Origin: a virus
DNA length: 45,247 nt
Virus record (IMG/VR): IMGVR_UViG_3300045988_046511
Direction: 5' to 3' (one strand)
Position numbers and translations under genes: made by a program. The first letter of the stretch is position 1. Each line of letters begins with the position of its first letter. Of this stretch, positions 35,939 to 41,851 are shown in pieces. The notes below the pieces were generated by a model that worked only from the letters and a program-made list of their open reading frames with translations, was not told the DNA's origin and ran no database searches.

Positions 35939-36029
35939 ACAGGCCACTTAACAAGTAAAATTGGGTGGTTCAAGGAGTATTGTTGTTTACAAACGATTGG
36001 CAACAAGCGGCAGATGAAAAGAAACCATG

Positions 36030-36149
36030 AAAAAGGTCACTAAATTAGGCAGTAAATGGAATAATGGTCTGAAATCAGGGACTTTCTATTGGAATCTCAA
36101 CAATGCCACTTCTAATCGCAATCGGAATATCAGCAGGCAGTCAGTAAAT
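36030..36149 (+). repeat. DGR template repeat (TR), non-coding
   Basis: A-rich copy of the VR (45 A in 120 nt by my count) with nine AAY codons when read in the VR frame. It lies in the gap between the fibre gene and the RT gene. Confidence 0.9.
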
Positions 36150-36156
36150 GCACGAT

Positions 36157-36188
36157 ACAGCCGGGGTAAACCAAAACGCCCCGGCTGT
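36157..36188 (+). promoter_or_regulatory. GC-rich stem-loop 8 nt downstream of the TR
   Basis: ACAGCCGGGG (36157-36166) and CCCCGGCTGT (36179-36188) form a perfect 10-bp stem with a 12-nt loop, followed by TTCTAT. Confidence 0.6.
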
Positions 36189-36362
36189 TTCTATATAATC
36201 TCTGTATTCTTGAATACCCTGCCGCATGGCAAAACAGTCAGCCCGCAAGGGAAGTTAAAAATAACTTTTAGCTGTATTGGTAGACTTTGAAAATTAACTT
36301 TCAAACAATTTTCAAAGGTTGAAGATTCGGTTTCAAGTGCATACAAAAGGAACATTCAATAA

Positions 36363-37475
36363 ATGAAGCGTTACGGAAATCTTTATCAAAAGATTTGCTC
36401 AATGGACAATTTGAAAGAAGCGCACAGGAACGCGAGAAAAGGAAAGGGCTGGTACGCTGAAGTAAAAGAGGTTGACACGCACCTTGAAGAATATTTAACA
36501 AAACTTCAGGAAATGCTTGTCAATCACACTTATCACACATCCCCTTATGAAAAGTTCATAAGGAAAGAAAACGGAAAAGAACGGGAAATTTTCAAACTCC
36601 CTTACTTCCCGGATCGTATTTGTCAATGGGCGATTTTGCAAATCATTGAGCCGTACTTGTTGCGGAACATGACAAGTACCACTTATTCAGCGATACCGGG
36701 CAAGGGGATTCACGCCGCCTTGCATGATGTTCAAAAAGCGATGCGGAAAGATGTTCCTAACTGTCAATTCTGTTTCAAGCTGGATGTGCGGCACTTTTAC
36801 CCATCCATAAATCACGCAATCCTAAAGGCAAAGTTCAGAAAGTTGTTCAAAGACGCTGAATTGCTTTGGTTATTGGATGAGATCATAGACAGCATATCCA
36901 CGGCAAGTATCGAGGATATGCGCAACATCTGGTTACTTGATGAAGATATTGACCCGGAAACAGGTATCCCGATTGGAAATTATCTGTCGCAGTATTGCGG
37001 TAATTTTTACTTATCTTCGTTCGATCATTGGCTTAAAGAGAAAATGCACGTCAAACACGCTTTTCGCTATATGGACGATATTGTTATTTTCGGAAACAGT
37101 AAAGAAGCACTTCACAAACTGCAAAAGGAAGTTAAACGATACTTCAAAACGGAACTGCATTTGACTGTAAAAGGCAACTGGCAAATCTTCCCGACTTATG
37201 TTCGTGGGCTGGATTTTGTGGGGTACAGATCATTTTTGAACTTCACCTTACTAAGAAAAAGCAGTTGCAAATCTTTCAAGCAAAAGATGAACAGTATTCG
37301 CAAGAAAACCGAAAACGGGCAGATGATGCGATATTCGGAATGGTGTTCCATCAATTCTTACAAGGGCTGGTTAAAGCACTGTGATAGTTACAGGTTACAA
37401 GCTAAGTATATCGCGCCCGTACAAGCGGACGCTGATAGATACTATCAAGAAGTAATTCAGAGAAAGGCGGCTTAA
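36363..37475 (+). CDS. DGR-type reverse transcriptase
   Basis: 370 aa. Catalytic YMDD at 37068-37079 (FRYMDDIVIFG). IGNYLSQ at 36972-36992 matches the [ILV]GxxxSQ signature of DGR RTs. It lies 213 nt downstream of the TR. Confidence 0.9.
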   Translation: MKRYGNLYQKICSMDNLKEAHRNARKGKGWYAEVKEVDTHLEEYLTKLQEMLVNHTYHTSPYEKFIRKENGKEREIFKLPYFPDRICQWAILQIIEPYLLRNMTSTTYSAIPGKGIHAALHDVQKAMRKDVPNCQFCFKLDVRHFYPSINHAILKAKFRKLFKDAELLWLLDEIIDSISTASIEDMRNIWLLDEDIDPETGIPIGNYLSQYCGNFYLSSFDHWLKEKMHVKHAFRYMDDIVIFGNSKEALHKLQKEVKRYFKTELHLTVKGNWQIFPTYVRGLDFVGYRSFLNFTLLRKSSCKSFKQKMNSIRKKTENGQMMRYSEWCSINSYKGWLKHCDSYRLQAKYIAPVQADADRYYQEVIQRKAA

Positions 37476-37477
37476 AA

Positions 37478-37741
37478 ATGGTTGATTATGGCAAGGTGAG
37501 AAGCACGATCAAGCCCGAAAGCGTTGTGATTGACGATTACAGCGTTTGGGAGAATACCAACATTGAAGCGGTTTCCGAAAACGTAGGCACGGAAACCGAG
37601 TTCAACGGCTTCGAGTACAACATGGTTCAGTATGATAAGAATGAGTACATTCTGAAACAGGCACAGGCCAACGCTGAACTGTCCGATCAGCTTACGGAAA
37701 CACAGCTTGCGCTGTGCGATGTGTACGAGATGATTCAGTAA
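37478..37741 (+). CDS. hypothetical acidic protein (XkdW-position)
   Basis: 87-aa ORF starting 2 nt after the RT stop, with an AAAGGCGG RBS. Confidence 0.5.
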   Translation: MVDYGKVRSTIKPESVVIDDYSVWENTNIEAVSENVGTETEFNGFEYNMVQYDKNEYILKQAQANAELSDQLTETQLALCDVYEMIQ

Positions 37742-37757
37742 GAAAGGGGGATTTATT

Positions 37758-37868
37758 ATGGCTAAAGTGTACGCTGACCTGATCCGCAAAGGTAAAAAGA
37801 CCCTTGACAATGTTCCCGAAAAGCTGAAAGCAGAAGTCAAGGCGATTCTGGACGGTGAAAAGGATTGA
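37758..37868 (+). CDS. 36-aa small protein, paralogue 1 (XkdX/CD1375-like position; below the ORF-track cutoff)
   Basis: GAAAGGGGG RBS. MAKVYADLIRKGKKTLDNVPEKLKAEVKAILDGEKD. Confidence 0.5.
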   Translation: MAKVYADLIRKGKKTLDNVPEKLKAEVKAILDGEKD

Positions 37869-37912
37869 TCTTCAATCTTTTCATAATTCTATTCAGAAAG
37901 GTGGTGAATGAT

Positions 37913-38038
37913 ATGGCTATTATCTACGCAACCCTTATCATTAAGGGCAAGAAAACTTTCGCGGACGTTCCCGACAAGCTGAAAGCACAGGTTAAGGACG
38001 TTCTGGAAAGCCTTGAATGCCCCGAACTGGCAGAGTAA
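37913..38038 (+). CDS. 41-aa small protein, paralogue 2
   Basis: AAAGGTGG RBS. MAIIYATLIIKGKKTFADVPDKLKAQVKDVLESLECPELAE. It shares the Y-x-L-I-x-KGKKT-x-x-DVP-x-KLKA-x-VK pattern with 37758-37868. Confidence 0.5.
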   Translation: MAIIYATLIIKGKKTFADVPDKLKAQVKDVLESLECPELAE

Positions 38039-38061
38039 GGAACTTACCCGGATGAAGTAAG

Positions 38062-38105
38062 AAAAGCCGCTGTATGGGCTTCTAAACGCCTGTACAACGG
38101 CTTTT
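38062..38105 (+). terminator. terminator-like hairpin between the tail/DGR block and the lysis block
   Basis: AAAAGCCGCTGTA (38062-38074) pairs with TACAACGGCTTTT (38093-38105) with one mismatch. GCTTT follows. Confidence 0.4.
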
Positions 38106-38136
38106 GCTTTATCACAACGAAAATCTGAAAGGATGA

Positions 38137-38565
38137 ATGAACATGAAAGACAAAATCTGTGTTGCTATTGGCATTGCAGGGGGGTACATCGCTTCTCTGT
38201 TTGGTGGATGGGATGCCGCACTGAAAACCCTGATCCTGTTTATGGCGGTGGATTATGTCACCGGGCTTATGGTCGCGGGCATTTTCCATAACTCCCGCAA
38301 AACCGAAACGGGATCGCTTGAAAGTCTGGCGGGCTGGAAAGGCTTGTGCCGCAAGGGTGTTTCTCTGCTGATCGTCCTTGTCGCTTGCCGCCTTGATCTC
38401 ATTATGGGTTCTAGCTTCATTCGTGACGCAACGGTTGTGGCCTTTGTCGCCAATGAAACTATCTCCATCATTGAGAACGCGGGCTTAATGGGCGTTCCTA
38501 TTCCTGAAGTGATTACAAAATCTATTGAAGTGCTGAAGAACAAGGCAGAAAAAGAAGGCGGCTGA
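38137..38565 (+). CDS. holin (phage_holin_4 / TcdE-like)
   Basis: GIAGGYIASLFGGWDAALKTLILFMAVDYVTGLMVA plus two further hydrophobic segments and ETISIIENAGLMGVPIP. ATG 38143 has better RBS spacing than ATG 38137. Confidence 0.8.
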   Translation: MNMKDKICVAIGIAGGYIASLFGGWDAALKTLILFMAVDYVTGLMVAGIFHNSRKTETGSLESLAGWKGLCRKGVSLLIVLVACRLDLIMGSSFIRDATVVAFVANETISIIENAGLMGVPIPEVITKSIEVLKNKAEKEGG

Positions 38566-38569
38566 TCTT

Positions 38570-39214
38570 ATGTCTACGCTTATCACGTTCAAGGCCGGGG
38601 ACAAAACCCCGATCACAAAAAACTTCACCCGAAACGAATTTCAGTGTTCGTGTGGCTGTTCGGCGCAGATGGTGGATGAAATGCTTGTACAGAAGTTACA
38701 GACTATCCGCACCGTGTACGATACTCCGCTAAAGATCACAAGCGGCTATCGGTGCGTAAAGCACAACGCCGCTGTGGGCGGGGCTAAATCGTCTAAGCAC
38801 CTATACGGCATTGCCGCAGATGTTAAAGACCCAACGGGCAAACTCAACCCCGTTGCTCTTGCGATTCTGGCAAGTAACACTTTCGGCGGCGTGGGTGTGT
38901 ACTGGTACGGCACGGCGGCTTTTGTTCATGTGGACGTGCGCAAAACTAAGGCAACTTGGCTTTGCACTCAAAAGGGTGTGTACAACTACACTTCCCACCA
39001 CTCTTTCATCATGCCCACCGTCCGGCGCGGGAGTTCCACGCAGACCGAAAAGAGCGCAATCAAGATGCTTCAGCGGTTGCTTGGTCTGCCCGTTGATGGT
39101 ATCTTTGGCAAGAACACCGAAAACGCTGTGAGAGCGGCACAGAAAGCCCACGATCTGGCCGTTGATGGCATTGTGGGAAAGAATACATGGCGCGCCATTG
39201 CTGGCGTAGAATGA
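38570..39214 (+). CDS. endolysin: peptidase M15-type domain plus C-terminal peptidoglycan-binding repeats
   Basis: FTRNEFQCSCGC...ITSGYRCVKHNAAVGGAKSSKHLYGIAADV...VHVD (Zn ligands H, D, H). C-terminal LQRLLGLPVDGIFGKNT and LAVDGIVGKNTWRAI (PG_binding_1-like). Confidence 0.85.
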   Translation: MSTLITFKAGDKTPITKNFTRNEFQCSCGCSAQMVDEMLVQKLQTIRTVYDTPLKITSGYRCVKHNAAVGGAKSSKHLYGIAADVKDPTGKLNPVALAILASNTFGGVGVYWYGTAAFVHVDVRKTKATWLCTQKGVYNYTSHHSFIMPTVRRGSSTQTEKSAIKMLQRLLGLPVDGIFGKNTENAVRAAQKAHDLAVDGIVGKNTWRAIAGVE

Positions 39215-39230
39215 AAGGTAGGCGGCTAAT

Positions 39231-39440
39231 ATGAAGAATCTGGTTAGTGTCGAGTGGTGGACAGCGGCAGGGGTTCGCGCGGCTAAGACTGCCGTACAGA
39301 CCGGGCTTGCAATGTTCGCAACACAGGCGGCAAGCGGTACGCTCAATGTGGAGCTGATCGCGGAAACTGCCTTTATTGCGGGCGTTGCTTCGCTGGGTAC
39401 GTCCCTTGCCGGACTGCCTGAAGTGAAGCAGGAAAACTAA
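39231..39440 (+). CDS. small membrane protein, r1t-holin-like
   Basis: 69 aa, two hydrophobic stretches, ends in LAGLPE. It lies directly after the endolysin gene. Confidence 0.5.
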   Translation: MKNLVSVEWWTAAGVRAAKTAVQTGLAMFATQAASGTLNVELIAETAFIAGVASLGTSLAGLPEVKQEN

Positions 39441-39583
39441 CGGTTTTCGTGTTACTAACTTGTTACTAATTGGCAAGTTTTCAGCGATTCGCAAAGAGCC
39501 GTAAATATTGAACTATCTTGAAAAATTAGGTAGGCTCAAGGGTGGAAACGCCCCGGAATTTGTGATACAATAAAAGCAAAATG

Positions 39584-39623
39584 GGCGGGAAATGTCGTAT
39601 TATCGGCGTTTCCCGCCTTTTCT
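39584..39623. terminator. terminator between the convergent lysis and integrase genes
   Basis: GGCGGGAAA (39584-39592) / TTTCCCGCC (39609-39617), then TTTTCT on the + strand. The flank is A-rich on the other side, so it may act in both directions. Confidence 0.65.
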
Positions 39624-39627
39624 GTTA

Positions 39628-40653
39628 CTAATTTGTTATTAGTTCAATGTTCAAGCGCAGTTCTTCAATGTTCTTATGGGTGTATACGCGCTCACCCGTT
39701 CCCTTTGATTTATGCCCCATAAGACGATCTATACAAACCTTGTTCGCCCCGGCAGAATCAAGGCGGGAACGGAACGTGTGGCGGCACTCATGCGGGGTGT
39801 GATTCATATTCAGCGTGTTCATTAGTTCATTCCAAACATCCCGGTATTGGCTTTCGTTCAGCTTCTTTCCGTTGTACTCAAAGAGATACCCGCTTTTCGA
39901 CTGTTCAAAGTGACGTTGAACAATCGTTTGAATTTTTGAATGAATAGGAACAAGGCGATTTTTGCCCGCCGCTGTTTTCACTCCCCCGATCATCGTTCCA
40001 GCGTTGAGGTCAATATTTGCTGTTTTCAGTCCGATCATTTCAGAGATACGGAAACCCGTATACAGGAAGAACAACACAGAATCCGCCCACTCTAAGTTTT
40101 GGTTATCCCAAAGCCGTTGTACCTCATTATCTGTGAAAATCTGCTTTGTGGTTTCGGGGATAGGTGCGGACGTGAGCAGATCGGAACACTGCTTTTGGAT
40201 TATGTCAAGTTCCATTGCAAAGCGGTCAAGATGTCCCCACAGGTTTTTTATTGCGCCTTGGGTTGAGTAGCCTTTGCCGCACCCGTCTATACAATCCTGC
40301 ATTTGGTAAGACTTGATCTGATTGTACTTCAGCCCGCCCAATTTGGCGCAATGGTTATAGGCTGATTTGAGGGATGCCCGGTTAGCTTCGCCCAATTTAC
40401 AAGCCCGTTTATCAAGCCATAGCTTGTAAAGTTCATCCAGTGTAATCTTGTCCGCTTCAATGTCCCACGGGGTAGCGTTGAACTTTGCAAGCAAAATTAG
40501 ACCATCTTCCCGCGTGGCCGTGTAGCCTATGGGTTTCTGCTGTCCAGATTTACCCTCACGCACCACCCACGGTTTCCGCCTGTTCCCGGAAAGCCTAGTA
40601 ACTGATCCGTACCGATTCGGATTTTTCACAGAAATCACCGCCTGTTCTTGCAT
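39628..40653 (-). CDS. int: tyrosine recombinase / integrase
   Basis: C-terminal catalytic region HTPHECRHTFRSRLDSAGAN...LMGHKSKGTGERVYTHK (R, HxxR, Y). Confidence 0.9.
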   Translation of the reverse strand: MQEQAVISVKNPNRYGSVTRLSGNRRKPWVVREGKSGQQKPIGYTATREDGLILLAKFNATPWDIEADKITLDELYKLWLDKRACKLGEANRASLKSAYNHCAKLGGLKYNQIKSYQMQDCIDGCGKGYSTQGAIKNLWGHLDRFAMELDIIQKQCSDLLTSAPIPETTKQIFTDNEVQRLWDNQNLEWADSVLFFLYTGFRISEMIGLKTANIDLNAGTMIGGVKTAAGKNRLVPIHSKIQTIVQRHFEQSKSGYLFEYNGKKLNESQYRDVWNELMNTLNMNHTPHECRHTFRSRLDSAGANKVCIDRLMGHKSKGTGERVYTHKNIEELRLNIELITN

Positions 40654-40676
40654 TTTGCACAGTTCGGCGGTATAAT
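40648..40676 (+). promoter_or_regulatory. plus-strand promoter overlapping the integrase start: TTGCAT-17 nt-TATAAT
   Basis: TTGCAT at 40648-40653 and TATAAT at 40671-40676, with an exact 17-nt spacer. Confidence 0.4.
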
Positions 40677-40682
40677 CAATAT

Positions 40683-40764
40683 GACCGCCGAAATCACTTC
40701 ATCCTTGATTTTTGGTCGTTTCCCCTGCTGGTGTTACCGCACTGGCAGGGGATTTTTTGTTTTT
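40683..40764 (+). ncRNA. predicted ~80-nt antisense sRNA (promoter to intrinsic terminator), antisense to the integrase 5' leader
   Basis: It runs from the predicted start just after the TATAAT to a 12-bp hairpin CCCCTGCTGGTG/CACTGGCAGGGG (40722-40751) followed by ATTTTTTGTTTTT. The U-tract exists only on the + strand, which has no + strand coding gene here. Confidence 0.35.
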
Positions 40765-41026
40765 AGAAGCAAGCCTGAATAATAGCTTTGTACTTGGATT
40801 CGTCAATATCCAATAGACTTTTCTTTCCATCTTTGAAGATAACTTTCACTTGATACCCGCCTTTCATTATCGCTCCGGCAGTTCCGCCCAAAACTTCATA
40901 GCTTTTAACTGTGGTGCTGTTCAGTGGTAACTTTTTAATAAGCCCTAACGAAATTGCAGTATTAGCGATGCCACCGCCAACAACAAGGCTTCCTGCATAG
41001 TCGCCGTTTGTAACCATGTTTTTCAT
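40763..41026 (-). CDS. hypothetical 87-aa Gly/Lys-rich protein, first gene of the integrase operon
   Basis: ORF between the repressor and integrase genes on the same strand. No motif recognised. Confidence 0.55.
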   Translation of the reverse strand: MKNMVTNGDYAGSLVVGGGIANTAISLGLIKKLPLNSTTVKSYEVLGGTAGAIMKGGYQVKVIFKDGKKSLLDIDESKYKAIIQACF

Positions 41027-41091
41027 TGATATACTGTCCTTTCTTTAAGTTCTTGTCGTTACGAATAACAGTTACACAGGCTATCTTTACT

Positions 41092-41138
41092 ATTATATAT
41101 TATTTCTTATATGTTGCGTTACCGTATAATGACGCAAC
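41092..41138 (-). promoter_or_regulatory. copy 2 of the GTTGCG-N14-CGCAAC palindrome plus N15 plus TATAAT (minus strand)
   Basis: GTTGCG 41113-41118, CGCAAC 41133-41138, and the complement of TATAAT at 41092-41097. Spacings are identical to copy 1, and it points at the 87-aa gene and int. Confidence 0.5.
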
Positions 41139-41299
41139 GTGCAAGCCTAATATATAGAAATCAAATCGCAATGTAACAAACGTGACAAGATAAAATAATT
41201 AACGATTCTTAAATAAATTTTTACTATACGCTTTGAAATCCTCAAAATGTACATTTTGAAACAAGTGTAACTAGAACTTGACAAAGAACAAATTGCCCT

Positions 41300-41686
41300 C
41301 TATCCGCACGATTCTTTGACAGAATATTTTTCGTTTTCAAGCAAATCTTCAATCTTGCCGATTGCTTTCCACTGATCGGAATTATCAAGCCTTGAGAACT
41401 TTTTCAGCATTTCACAAGCCGGATCACCAAATACTTCTTTTACATCATCATATATAGCGGACTGTTTGGATGATGTGTTAGAATCATCATTCCAGCACAT
41501 TAGATCGGCGGGAGATACGCCCAAAATTTTTGCGAGTTGTTCAATAGTGGATCGCTTGATGTTCTCCACTCTGCCGCACTCCCACTTATTCACAGCCGCC
41601 CGGTTGACACCCACCATCTTTCCTAATTCTTCTTGGGAAAATCCGTGAGATGTTCTAAGTTGCTTTATGTATTCGCCCATTGTCAT
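41300..41686 (-). CDS. cI-like XRE-family HTH repressor (no peptidase domain)
   Basis: IKQLRTSHGFSQEELGKMVGVNRAAVNKWECGR is a classic XRE HTH. It is 128 aa and divergent from the early operon. Confidence 0.85.
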   Translation of the reverse strand: MTMGEYIKQLRTSHGFSQEELGKMVGVNRAAVNKWECGRVENIKRSTIEQLAKILGVSPADLMCWNDDSNTSSKQSAIYDDVKEVFGDPACEMLKKFSRLDNSDQWKAIGKIEDLLENEKYSVKESCG

Positions 41687-41714
41687 TTTTTATTCACCCC
41701 CTAACTGTATCTTG

Positions 41715-41743
41715 ATTGTAGCACATTTTTACAATTTAATCAA
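41715..41743 (-). promoter_or_regulatory. leftward (repressor) promoter: TTGATT-17 nt-TACAAT with TG extension
   Basis: On the minus strand: TTGATT (complement of 41738-41743), a 17-nt spacer, then TGCTACAAT (hexamer is the complement of 41715-41720). Confidence 0.55.
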
Positions 41744-41782
41744 TTATTTTTGAATTTGTATCTAAAAAACACTCATATTCTA

Positions 41783-41811
41783 TTGACAAGATACAAAGTG
41801 CGTGCTATACT
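41783..41811 (+). promoter_or_regulatory. rightward early promoter: TTGACA-17 nt-TATACT
   Basis: TTGACA at 41783-41788 and TATACT at 41806-41811. Confidence 0.65.
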
Positions 41812-41814
41812 CAT

Positions 41815-41833
41815 TGTATCCTCACAAGATACA
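41815..41833. promoter_or_regulatory. operator TGTATC-N7-GATACA at the early-promoter start site
   Basis: Perfect 6-bp inverted repeat. Additional half-sites: TGTATC at 41706 and 41757, GATACA at 41790. Confidence 0.6.
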
Positions 41834-41851
41834 CGAAAGGATGAAGCAAGA

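Noticed and set aside
34100-35947. 615-aa minus-strand ORF covering the whole tail-fibre gene
   Set aside because: It is an antisense shadow of a clearly coding + strand gene, with low-complexity Gly/Ala/Ile-rich translation, no RBS and no fit to the gene order. The same reasoning applies to 20526-21611, 24934-26016, 15282-16112, 18210-18950, 10764-11435, 12470-13057, 28539-29052 and 33429-33977.
36027-36290. 87-aa + strand ORF (MKKVTKLGSKWNNGLKSGTFYWNLNNATSNRNRN...) between the fibre and RT genes
   Set aside because: It is the DGR template repeat read as protein. It is Asn/Lys-rich because the TR is adenine-rich, has no RBS, and its tail runs through the hairpin region. Treated as non-coding TR, not as an Avd or a gene.
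13531-41271. Recurrence of (T)GTTAC / GTAAC in the regulatory gaps (13531, 13593, 13714, 13772, 39451, 39462, 39623, 41058, 41071, 41117, 41172, 41267)
   Set aside because: A 5-mer in AT-rich DNA recurs by chance too often to call a motif without a genome-wide count. Only the longer repeats containing it are reported.
41750-41851. Upstream start (41750) given by the ORF track for the SprT-like gene, and the similar long starts at 399, 3424, 10977, 11455, 11874, 12506, 31975, 42492 and 42893
   Set aside because: The extensions run through promoters or upstream genes and lack an RBS. Internal ATGs with AGGA/GGAGG-type sites at proper spacing, or ATGA/TAATG overlaps, fit the compact gene packing better.
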